This document shows, piece after piece, positions 17,712 to 26,166 of a stretch of 64,000 bases of DNA. Origin of the DNA: Candidatus Bathyarchaeota archaeon (lineage in GTDB: Archaea; Thermoproteota; Bathyarchaeia; Bathyarchaeales; Bathycorpusculaceae). The stretch lies in contig CAWFFH010000004.1 of the NCBI GenBank assembly GCA_963815095.1, positions 64,001-128,000 on the forward strand, written 5' to 3'. The notes below the pieces were generated by a model. The model did not search any database. It worked only from the letters and a program-made list of their open reading frames with translations, and was not told the DNA's origin. The position numbers and the translations under genes are program-made. Numbering within the stretch: the stretch's first letter is position 1; every line of letters begins with the position of its first letter.

Positions 17712-18194
17712 ATGGCACCAACTTGTTCCATCTCCTCACCCTTAAGTCAAAGCCAAAGAGACATTTGGCAACTAATCAGTACAGGCCTTTCCGTAACCAA
17801 AATCGCTGAAAAACTCAAAACCACCCGCCAATACGTCAACCAAACCCGAATAGCAACAGAAGCTAAACTAGCAACAACCCTTCTAGACGTCGCACAAGTC
17901 AACGACCTCCAAATAACAAAACTATACCCCAAGCAAGCCATACTCCTTGGCTACCACCCGGAATTAAAAAAGAAAGCCATTATTACCTACACCACCAGCC
18001 ACGGGCTCAAAGTATGGTACTGGCACGACAACCCTCAAGAAGTCACAGACACAACCTTCCTAAACCAAACAAGACAATACCTAATCGATATCGCTAAAGA
18101 ACGAGGAATAGAAATCGACGGCTCTAAGTCAATTCATCCTGCCAAACTAGCACACATGATTTTCTCACAACTTATTCCAGAGTTGAAAACATGA
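17712..18194 (+). CDS. HTH DNA-binding protein (LuxR/sigma70-region-4-like N-terminus)
   Basis: LSQSQRDIWQLISTGLSVTKIAEKLKTTRQYVNQ; ATG 17712 preferred over TTG 17694. Confidence 0.75.
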   Translation: MAPTCSISSPLSQSQRDIWQLISTGLSVTKIAEKLKTTRQYVNQTRIATEAKLATTLLDVAQVNDLQITKLYPKQAILLGYHPELKKKAIITYTTSHGLKVWYWHDNPQEVTDTTFLNQTRQYLIDIAKERGIEIDGSKSIHPAKLAHMIFSQLIPELKT

Positions 18195-18500
18195 CAGTAA
18201 AGAAGAGTTTGGAAAATCGCATTCGAGGTTGGTTTCCCAAAGAGCCCGTCTTTGGCAGCACTCAAACCAAGAGTAACGCACATATTAGCAAAGAAATTAC
18301 GGAAACAAAAAGAATCGGTTTAAGGATTCTTGACGTTATCGGAATTACTCTGTTGGGATTCTCCAATTTACGTTTATTTGGTTGACACTCATGCATGGCG
18401 TCTGGCATGGGTTACGAATGTGTCTTTTGTTGTTATCGGAGTAATTGCAATCGCTTTGACTATTTTCATTTGGGGAAGAGCCCGAAGACAAATGAGTTGA
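18191..18500 (+). pseudogene. Frameshifted two-TM protein with N-terminal IRGWFPKEP motif
   Basis: ORF 18191-18385 continues in the +1 frame from about 18360 (PIYVYLVD...VVIGVIAIALTIFIWGRARRQMS) to TGA 18500; ATGA overlap with the HTH gene. Confidence 0.6.
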
Positions 18501-18504
18501 AAAC

Positions 18505-19482
18505 ATGAACCTGAAGAGCAGCATTATCAATTTTATTCGAGGATGGCTTCCCCAAGAACCAATTTTGCCCGCCCACGCTCTGCCAAACCAAAAGAAAACA
18601 GGCAGAATACGATTAATTTTGCTAAACGTGTTGATATGTTTTCTAGCAATTGCTGGTTTGTTGTCAGCTATGATACTTATTGACTCATGGATAAAACTTG
18701 TCCTTTTAGGCTCAATTTTGGTTGGCGGATTAGTTTGGCGTTTCACTCATGGAAACGTAAAGAAACCCCTAAAATTTTTTGTAATTGTAGTCCTTATTTT
18801 CTCGATAAGTTTTACTGCTGTTGAATTCAATTTGACTTGGAATGCGGGTTATCCGCCTACTTATACATTAGCTCAACCGGGTATCACTATTTCAAAAGCA
18901 AATATTCTAAACACCTCTCTAACCCAGATTGTGCAAGACATCGAAAGAACACCTGCCTACGAGCTTCTAACAATCCAATTTGGAGCTACGACCGCTGAGA
19001 CAATCAAATTGGACACAGCATTTCCTTCTCGTGGTGGATTGGTCCAAGTGGATTTTTACGGAAAGAACTCAGACGCATATTTTTACTTCAGTTCAAGTTC
19101 TGGTAATCCTTACCATGTGAACGTTGGCAGTTCCAAAACTACTTTGACCACTAGATTCCATCCGCAAGCACAGCCAGCCAAAGACTCATTTTCTCAAATT
19201 GATGACTTAGGTCTTCAATGGTTCTATGATCGCTCCTTAGAGATAGCCCAAAACAGAACAGGCAGCATTCCAAAAATCGATGCGCTGTCCTTCACGATGA
19301 CATTTGAAGACAATGGCTACATTGGCTTTGACAGAACACACATAAGCTATGAAGGCATAACAGTACAAATCACCGGAAGTCAACAAACAATCTTGGCAGA
19401 TGGAAGTATAACTGGTCACGGGGTTCTAATTGCAGATTTTGAGCCCAACGGAACCCTAATTTACATGTCACAACCACAATAA
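18505..19482 (+). CDS. Membrane protein with N-terminal IRGWLPQEP motif, three TMs and an extracytoplasmic domain
   Basis: Translation and hydropathy read by eye. Confidence 0.75.
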   Translation: MNLKSSIINFIRGWLPQEPILPAHALPNQKKTGRIRLILLNVLICFLAIAGLLSAMILIDSWIKLVLLGSILVGGLVWRFTHGNVKKPLKFFVIVVLIFSISFTAVEFNLTWNAGYPPTYTLAQPGITISKANILNTSLTQIVQDIERTPAYELLTIQFGATTAETIKLDTAFPSRGGLVQVDFYGKNSDAYFYFSSSSGNPYHVNVGSSKTTLTTRFHPQAQPAKDSFSQIDDLGLQWFYDRSLEIAQNRTGSIPKIDALSFTMTFEDNGYIGFDRTHISYEGITVQITGSQQTILADGSITGHGVLIADFEPNGTLIYMSQPQ

Positions 19483-19640
19483 CCAAATCTTCTTGGGTAT
19501 CAAGGACGATTTTAGAAAGAATTCTTATCTTCATCAGTCAATCCTCACTTTTCCGATTCTCACCATGACTCAATTGTAAAACTTGTTAATGTCCAGTTCC
19601 AAACTCTTTTCTCTATCACTTTTTAGACTATATGAAAGAC

Positions 19641-19775
19641 GAGTGAGAAAGTAACTCTTGCTGGCTAGTCCGGTGCCTTCTTGGCCCTTGCGGCCGATTT
19701 TTAGACTGGGCTTGACCTGAGCTGCTATAGAACTGGGCATTCGCCCGTATGAGAGATTGCAGCCTGAAAGCCAGC
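19641..19775 (+). ncRNA. Predicted bridge/seek RNA of the IS110 element (ends approximate)
   Basis: Two internal loops whose guides match the flanks (CGGTGCCTTCT, TTTTTAG) and the element ends (ATGAGAG, partial TATAGaaCT). Confidence 0.8.
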
Positions 19776-19791
19776 AGGAGAAAGAAAAAAA

Positions 19792-20838
19792 ATGGTGAGA
19801 TATGTAGGAGTAGATGTTGGCAAAGCCAAATGCAGAGCAGCAATAATGAATCAAACCGGCGCCATCGAGAGCGAATTCTTCTTTGAAAACAACACTAAAG
19901 GAATAGAGTCTTTGACGTCTATGCTAACTGTTGAGGATCAGGTTGTTATGGAATCTACAGGGAATTTGTGGCTAAGCATATACGATGCATTGGATAATAG
20001 AAGCATTAAGGTAGTGCTGGCTAATCCATTGAAGACTAAAGTGATAGCTTCAGCGAAAATAAAAACTGATAAGGTGGATGCTAGGATTTTGGCGCATTTG
20101 CTGAGAGCTGATCTTGTTGCTGAAAGCTATGTTCCGCAAGGAAGCATACGTGAAATGCGAGGTTTAGTTAGGCATAGGCTGAGCTTGGTTAGAATGCGCA
20201 CGGCTATAAAGAACAAGGCACATGCAATCGTTGACAAGTATAGTTATCGTTGTGAATTCTCAGATATGTTCGGTAAAGGTGGAATTGCTTGGATGAGGTC
20301 ACTGATACTTAATGAGCTTGATAGACTGATTTTGGAAAACCATCTTTCGCTGATTGAATCTATTAACTTGCAGGTCGGGATGGTGGATAAAGCTATTCGA
20401 AAAATCGCTTGTGAGGATGAGGATGTTCGGTTGCTACTTAGCTTGACTGGTGTTGATGTTTATGGTGCATTGTTGATTCATAGTGAAATTGGTCCGATAA
20501 CGCGGTTTAGTAGTTATAAGAAGTTGATTTCTTGGGCTGGTTTGGCTCCGTCGGTGCATCAATCTGGGAATGTTGAGTATACTGGTAGGATTACTAAGCG
20601 TGGTTCTAGCTTGTTGAGGTGGGTTATGGTTGAGGCTGCGAGGACTGCTGTGCAGTATCATGAGAAATTGGCTGGGTTTTATGAGCGTGTGAGGGCTAGG
20701 CGTGGTGATCAGAAGGCTGCTGTTGCTGTTGCTTGTAAGATGCTTAAGATTGTTTGGTTCATGCTAAGTAGGCGTGAGGTCTATAGCTGTGCTAATACGA
20801 GGCGTTATGGAGAAAAGCTAAAAAAGATTGGTGCGTAG
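19792..20838 (+). CDS. IS110-family DEDD recombinase/transposase
   Basis: YVGVDVGK, VVMEST, KTDKVDA (DEDD) and GLAPSVHQSG (catalytic Ser region); SD AGGAG. Confidence 0.96.
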   Translation: MVRYVGVDVGKAKCRAAIMNQTGAIESEFFFENNTKGIESLTSMLTVEDQVVMESTGNLWLSIYDALDNRSIKVVLANPLKTKVIASAKIKTDKVDARILAHLLRADLVAESYVPQGSIREMRGLVRHRLSLVRMRTAIKNKAHAIVDKYSYRCEFSDMFGKGGIAWMRSLILNELDRLILENHLSLIESINLQVGMVDKAIRKIACEDEDVRLLLSLTGVDVYGALLIHSEIGPITRFSSYKKLISWAGLAPSVHQSGNVEYTGRITKRGSSLLRWVMVEAARTAVQYHEKLAGFYERVRARRGDQKAAVAVACKMLKIVWFMLSRREVYSCANTRRYGEKLKKIGA

Positions 20839-20975
20839 TTTGGTTTACTGGCTTTCAGGATAAGTTGGTCGCTGGCTTAGAGAACCGTCTTTCATGAGAG
20901 AAGGCATCGAAAAAACCGCTGATTAATTCAATGACCTTTTTAACGTAGGCTGTTATAATTCTCTTTTGTCAAGAA

Positions 20976-21778
20976 ATGTTGACTTGGATTAGTCAAGATT
21001 TCTTTACGAATAATCTTTTATGTAATCCAAATTTGTTATTAATTATGAGCAATTTAACTAAGAGTTTCTCGTTGCTAATTATACTAGTTTTAGCAGCGTC
21101 AATAGTGATCATAGTTAAACCTTCAAGTGCTCAAACAGCCACTTCTATGCCTTCAAATATTCCTATACCTGTAAGACCAGAGTTTACCTTACAACTTATT
21201 GGTCCGCCTTTTGTTGAGAATACCACTTATTCATTAGACCCCAATACGGGACAAATTGTTGCAAACATTGGCTACACTAACCCATTCAGCATTGTTGAAA
21301 TAATTATCAAGAATCAACCTTTTACTCCATTTAACGACAATCAAGGTAATCCTATTTCAATGTTCTATAATGTTCAAGTGGCAGTTCATAACCAAACAGA
21401 TAGCTGGATTAGTCTTTATGACCCGATTCTGGCGACCTTGCACCAAGCACTGCTGATTCTGATTACACCAATATATCATTGTGGTTGAATAACGGTCCGC
21501 TTCCTGTCGGAACTACTAATATTGATGTTCAAGTCGAGGCATTCATAGGTTATGTTCATAAAAGTAATGAGGGATATCTTGCGGGTTGGGTATTTACTGG
21601 TGAATCAAACGGTTGGAACACGCAAACAGTAACTGTACCTTCTAACACTCCCTTAAGTGTTAATTCACCAAACACAACTAACTCAATTGGCAACCTAATC
21701 ACTATACCTTTGAGTACATTAATTGCGATTTTTACAATATTCTTAACCATTATCGTTGTTCTGGCACTTGCTTTTTAG
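20976..21778 (+). pseudogene. Frameshifted secreted/surface protein with C-terminal TM anchor
   Basis: ORFs 20976-21488 and 21479-21778 join if one base is added at GACCCGATT (about 21424); signal peptide, PxRPEFT motif, C-terminal TM. Confidence 0.6.
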
Positions 21779-21877
21779 AAAACATCGAAACCCAGATAAA
21801 GTAAATCACCCGACCTTTTCCCATTAGTTCTAAATTCTTTTAAGCAGAATCACGTAATTATTTATTGATTATTCGGG

Positions 21878-22132
21878 GTGCAACTCTTGGACAAAAAAAA
21901 CCTTTTAAACCGTTTAGTTGGAGGTTTGGGTAGTTTAGGAATATCTTTCATGTTTTTTGGTATTTTTTTCTGGTTATTTACAAACCTCAGTTTTTCATAT
22001 TGTATTACATTTGAAATTATCGGCATTAGTCTATTGTTGGTGACTATCGTTCTATACTTTGCAAGACGTGATTTAATAATGTCTGAAACAAAACAGACTC
22101 CTTCCTACAATTCCCCTCCTCCACCCATTTGA
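21878..22132 (+). CDS. Small two-TM membrane protein
   Basis: Two hydrophobic helices and a Pro-rich tail. Confidence 0.55.
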   Translation: MQLLDKKNLLNRLVGGLGSLGISFMFFGIFFWLFTNLSFSYCITFEIIGISLLLVTIVLYFARRDLIMSETKQTPSYNSPPPPI

Positions 22133-22228
22133 GAATTTATCCTTAGAAATATTACCTCAAAAAATATTACCCAATCTGTTACAAGCGGGAGCGCAGCAAG
22201 CAGGTAGATGCACCCTAACTGTACTTGG

Positions 22229-22599
22229 CTAACGACGAGTTTTCTTTAATTCTTCTTCGGCTTTTTTAGCTTGATATTCTACTTCCGTTGCATCCGCAAA
22301 ACGGTACAAGCGGCTATAGAGGTTATAACGTTGATAATCGCGCATCTCTTTTCGGTAATGTTCTCTTTTTCGTTTTTTTATCTTCTGAAAGGGAATGTCC
22401 CAAATTGTGGAGCCACAATAAACGATAGAAGTAATAACCTGCATAACAGGAAAAAACAAAAAAAAACAGCACTTAAAACAATCCCTAAAATCGTATTCAT
22501 CAAAAAGAAAACGACAGCTGTGGGCAGCCAAATCGCTAAACATAAGCCGCTCAGAGCCATGTTCAATTTTTTGTATCCCATAACTTTGTTGATAATCAC
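22229..22599 (-). pseudogene. Membrane protein split by a homopolymer frameshift
   Basis: ORFs 22378-22599 and 22229-22543 fuse if the T9 tract (22458-22466) is T10. Confidence 0.45.
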
Positions 22600-22802
22600 A
22601 ACTTGCTTTTGAAGTTAATCCTGCAGCGACCCTTTAAGTCACTAGTTTGTTGTCTGCTTGGAATCAAAGTTAGTTCGGGTTGATTTTTTATGTACCGACA
22701 CGACCGTACCATGGTCATTGTTAGGACACATACAACCACTAAAATGAGCAATCAAGTTAGTTAGCCAATAAAGCAGCGTATTTTACAGAGTTGTTTCAAG
22801 CT

Positions 22803-23147
22803 TCATGTTGTCCAAAAAGAAAATACTTCCAAATTCTCTTTTTCAAATTGCTTTTTCAGAAATGCCTTAACCTCGTCCTCGTCCAAGTTCAAAATTCCAT
22901 TCTTGTCTTTATGTAAAGGTATACCAGTTTCTCTTAATGTTCCACCCTTTGGAAAATCAAAAAACATAAAATAACGCTTATCATGCAACATTATAATTCT
23001 CAGTGTTGAAAGTTCTCTGTTTGGAGAGAGGCCATTTTGCTCAAGAATAAAAGTTATTGACAGCGGTTTCTTTTCCCTAACTAGTCGTTTGTATTCTTCC
23101 CAATCTCTTATTCTTACATGACCTTCATCCATCTGATTCGCCATCAA
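22803..23147 (-). CDS. Hypothetical protein at the end of the ars operon
   Basis: 114-aa ORF, co-oriented with and close to the arsC genes. Confidence 0.7.
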   Translation of the reverse strand: MMANQMDEGHVRIRDWEEYKRLVREKKPLSITFILEQNGLSPNRELSTLRIIMLHDKRYFMFFDFPKGGTLRETGIPLHKDKNGILNLDEDEVKAFLKKQFEKENLEVFSFWTT

Positions 23148-23155
23148 TAGTCAGC

Positions 23156-23337
23156 TTAACCCTCGCCACAAGCAACACCGCAATCCATGGCGTTCACGTA
23201 TTTTTCAGCGTCTTTTCCTTGTTCTTGAAAGGACCATAAATAATTTCGTATTGAGGGTGCGTTTCCTTGTTAGGCTCTATTTCGCTATCAAATACGGTAG
23301 GTTTAAATTTTTCTTTTAATCCAACGTACAGCTTCAT
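23156..23337 (-). pseudogene. Frameshifted 60-aa protein ending CGVACGEG
   Basis: MKLYVGLKEKFKPTVFDSEIEPNKETHPQYEIIYGPFKNKE then, one frame over, DAEKYVNAMDCGVACGEG*; fills the gap between arsC and the next gene. Confidence 0.55.
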
Positions 23338-23342
23338 GATTG

Positions 23343-23744
23343 TTACTCTTTGAGTTCTGTAATTAGCGCCCGAACTTGGGCCTCGATTTGGTCTCTGATT
23401 TCTCGAACTTTCTCTATCGGCTTTCCTTTTGGGTCTTCAAGGTGCCATTCGATTGTTGGTTTAAAGAAGGGTCCAGGGCAGACTTCTTGGTCGTTGCAGC
23501 CCATTGTTACAACCAGGTCTGCCTCGTTTGCCATTTTTGCGGTTATTAGTTTTGGCTTATTCATTGAGATGTCGATGCCTTTCTCCTTCAAGACCTCTGC
23601 TACTACAAGGTTAACTTTTTCTGCAGGCTTGTTGCCGGCACTGGACGCGATTACTTTTTCGTTTCCGTATTTGGTGGCGAAAGCCTCTGCCATTTGGCTT
23701 CTACCCGCATTCTCCACACAGACGAACAGTATTTTTTTCATCAT
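23343..23744 (-). CDS. arsC: Arsenate reductase ArsC (LMW-PTP/thioredoxin type)
   Basis: ILFVCVENAGRSQMAE, VTMGC...CP and LEDPKG motifs. Confidence 0.9.
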   Translation of the reverse strand: MMKKILFVCVENAGRSQMAEAFATKYGNEKVIASSAGNKPAEKVNLVVAEVLKEKGIDISMNKPKLITAKMANEADLVVTMGCNDQEVCPGPFFKPTIEWHLEDPKGKPIEKVREIRDQIEAQVRALITELKE

Positions 23745-23865
23745 TCATTCTCCTTACCTTTGAAATACTTCTTTCTTGTCCAGAATGCGACGTTCACAAG
23801 CTTATCATGACATGTACTTCTATTAGCAGTCCGATGACTGCTGCGAAGGCGATTTGTGAAGAACG
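23741..23865 (-). pseudogene. acr3: C-terminal remnant of the Acr3 arsenite efflux pump
   Basis: SSQIAFAAVIGLLIEVHVMISL/VNVAFWTRKKYF matches the Acr3 C-terminus (AFAAVIGPLVEVPVMxxLVNVA); frameshifted; stop overlaps the arsC ATG. Confidence 0.75.
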
Positions 23866-23900
23866 ATAGATGCGGCTTAGGTTCAGAAGGTACACACATG

Positions 23901-24194
23901 TCAATTGCCTGAGCGCGTTTCTTTCAGTTTTCTAATTAATTTTCGGGTTTCTATTTTCGAGGGGTGTGTGATTGCTTTTGCAGGGCATATTTCATCGCAA
24001 CCGTTGCAGAGAACTACGCAATTGTTTGGATTTTTCACGACAGGTATTTTTTTGCCTTTGTTTTCTTCAAATGTATATGTGCCTAATTTGCAGTAGTCTA
24101 CACATTTTCCGCAGCTCACACATTTTTCATAGTTTATTGTTGGAAACCAAGGTATCTTGCTTCGAGGGATTCCGTGCCATGTCTTCTCGGGCAT
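23901..24194 (-). CDS. 2x[4Fe-4S] ferredoxin-like protein
   Basis: CVSCGKCVDYC and CVVLCNGCDEICP; start probably MPEKTWHG (24194) or 24209. Confidence 0.88.
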   Translation of the reverse strand: MPEKTWHGIPRSKIPWFPTINYEKCVSCGKCVDYCKLGTYTFEENKGKKIPVVKNPNNCVVLCNGCDEICPAKAITHPSKIETRKLIRKLKETRSGN

Positions 24195-24268
24195 GCTCGT
24201 AACTTCCATTGCTACTTCATTACAATATAGCAACTTTTAAATATTGTTATAGATTATAAATAATAAGC

Positions 24269-24598
24269 ATGCCCAATAACTCGGAAAACAATTACCGATT
24301 TAAATCGACAGTTTTTCATGCCCTTGCCGATCCAGTAAGACTGGAAATACTAGCCTATCTTAGGGATGGAGAAAAATGCGTTTGCGAGATATCCCCTCAC
24401 CTTAACCTTATTCAACCGCTTGCTTCACGTCATCTAAAAATCCTCAAAGACGTTGGAATAGTTAGATGTCGAAAAGAAGGAACAAAACGAATGTATTCAA
24501 TCGTAGACTCCAAAATCTACAATGTAGTGGACGCATTAGAATCTGGTCTTGTTAATACCTTAACCAAGGAAATATTTGAAAAAATAACCTGCACTTAA
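24269..24598 (+). CDS. arsR: ArsR/SmtB family metalloregulator
   Basis: FHALADPVRLEIL, EKCVCEI and SRHLKIL motifs. Confidence 0.9.
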   Translation: MPNNSENNYRFKSTVFHALADPVRLEILAYLRDGEKCVCEISPHLNLIQPLASRHLKILKDVGIVRCRKEGTKRMYSIVDSKIYNVVDALESGLVNTLTKEIFEKITCT

Positions 24599-24610
24599 GA
24601 GGTAAATGAT

Positions 24611-25366
24611 TTGAAAAAAAAAGAAGTTAAGAAAGTCGTTCAAAAGGCATATTCCAAAATAGCCACAAACAGCAATTCTAGCTGCTGCCAATGTGGTTGC
24701 GGAACCTTAGATGAAAAAACTATCAAAAAATTGTCTAAAAGCGTCGGGTACTCTGAAGAAGAAATGAGCGCTGTTCCAGAAGCTAATCTTGGTTTAGGTT
24801 GCGGTAACCCAACTGCTTTTAGCAACATCAAAGAGGGCGATATTGTGCTTGATTTGGGTAGTGGCGCTGGATTTGACTGTTTTCTATCCTCAAAGAAAGT
24901 GGGCAAAACAGGTAAAGTCATAGGATTAGATATGACTGAAGAAATGGTGACTAAAGCAAGGAGTCTTGCAAAAAAACATCAATACTTGAATGTTGAATTC
25001 AAGCTTGGTGACATCGAAAAAATGCCCCTTGATAATGACTCAGTTGACGTAATAATTAGCAATTGTGTCATTAACTTAGCCCCCGACAAGTTAAAGGTGT
25101 TCAAAGAAGCTTATCGTGTCCTTAAAATCGGGGGCAAAATGTACGTTTCCGACATCGTTCTTCTGGGTAAGCTTACTGAAGAGCAATTAAATAATGAAGA
25201 CTTGCTTTCGGGTTGTGTTGCAGGTGCTTTGCAGAAGGAAGATTATCTGAAAAAGATTGAGCTGGCAGGTTTTAAGGTAAACGTTATCTCTGAAGACAAG
25301 GAAATAAGCAAGACCCAGTATAACGGAATAGCTCTTGAGAGTCTAAAAATTGAAGCATTAAAGTAA
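24611..25366 (+). CDS. arsM: Arsenite methyltransferase ArsM
   Basis: [27 protein letters not shown] and SGCVAGA motifs. Confidence 0.93.
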   Translation: MKKKEVKKVVQKAYSKIATNSNSSCCQCGCGTLDEKTIKKLSKSVGYSEEEMSAVPEANLGLGCGNPTAFSNIKEGDIVLDLGSGAGFDCFLSSKKVGKTGKVIGLDMTEEMVTKARSLAKKHQYLNVEFKLGDIEKMPLDNDSVDVIISNCVINLAPDKLKVFKEAYRVLKIGGKMYVSDIVLLGKLTEEQLNNEDLLSGCVAGALQKEDYLKKIELAGFKVNVISEDKEISKTQYNGIALESLKIEALK

Positions 25367-25474
25367 TCCAGCCTTTATTTTTATTATAAATAATTGTGCC
25401 CTTGACAATGAAGGTAAAATTCGAAAAAGCGATGCTTCCTCTCGATTAACTAAAAGGAAAACAAAGCTCCTAAA

Positions 25475-25561
25475 TCAGCTAACCCTTTTCCATTGAAACT
25501 GGTTTTGCGAGTTCTTTGAGTAATCTTTTGCATCCAACGAGTAGTTCTTGGAGCTACACAT
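25475..25561 (-). pseudogene. 5' stub of a Tam-like class I methyltransferase
   Basis: MCSSKNYSLDAKDYSKNSQNQFQW then an early stop; resembles WDAxDYxxNSxxQxxW N-termini; start overlaps the endA stop. Confidence 0.45.
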
Positions 25562-26138
25562 CTTCGTCTTCTTCTTTCTCTTGCTTAATTTTGCTGAAGC
25601 TTAACGGGGAAACTGAGTAATGAACGACTTCGCCGCGCCGATTCATCACAGCTAAGATTAGTTCTTTCTTTTGGCTTTTACATTTGGATAGTGCATCTGC
25701 TAGGTCGTTTACAGGGACTGGTTTGCCTTCTTGGGTAATCATGATGAGGTAGGGTGCGGTATCTTTGCCATAGGTTCCTCGTTCGTATATGCGGAAGTCG
25801 ATGGCGCCGCCGAAGCCTTCGCGAACGACGTAGCCGCGGCCTCGGAGGTCACGGTAAACCAGATAGTTAACCCAGGCGTTGTCGTTTTGTGCTTCGTAAC
25901 AGTGCAAAAGGCTTTGAAAATCGGTGGATTTGCCGTTTTCGTCTTTTACTTCAAGCATGGCTTTGTCTAGAAGGTACAGCGACTCGTAGAAGGTGAGTGT
26001 GAAAACTTTATTCTCCAATGTGCCGTAGCCTCTTGAAGAGAGCGCGTCGATGTTGCTTTGTTCGGAAACGATGACGCCTTTCTCAGCGAGGATACCGTTG
26101 GTTCGGAATTCCACTGGAGCCTTCTTGAATTCACTCAT
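25554..26138 (-). CDS. endA: tRNA-splicing endonuclease subunit, probably structural
   Basis: LTFYESLYLL and YLVYRDLRGRGYVVREG...DFRIYERG; catalytic Tyr and His positions look substituted. Confidence 0.85.
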   Translation of the reverse strand: MSEFKKAPVEFRTNGILAEKGVIVSEQSNIDALSSRGYGTLENKVFTLTFYESLYLLDKAMLEVKDENGKSTDFQSLLHCYEAQNDNAWVNYLVYRDLRGRGYVVREGFGGAIDFRIYERGTYGKDTAPYLIMITQEGKPVPVNDLADALSKCKSQKKELILAVMNRRGEVVHYSVSPLSFSKIKQEKEEDEDV

Positions 26139-26166
26139 TGCTTAGTCTCATCTTTACTCTTTTATG

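Larger units (their letters stand above)
19625..20898 (+). mobile_element. IS110-family (IS1111-type) insertion sequence
   Basis: Sub-terminal IRs ATGAAAGACG (19632-19641) and CGTCTTTCAT (20886-20895), 7 and 3 nt from the inferred ends; AG core at 19625-19626 and 20899-20900; no target duplication. Confidence 0.88.

Noticed and set aside
19570-19854. Minus-strand ORFs over the IS110 left end
   Set aside because: They overlap the structured non-coding end, one crosses the insertion junction, and neither shows protein features
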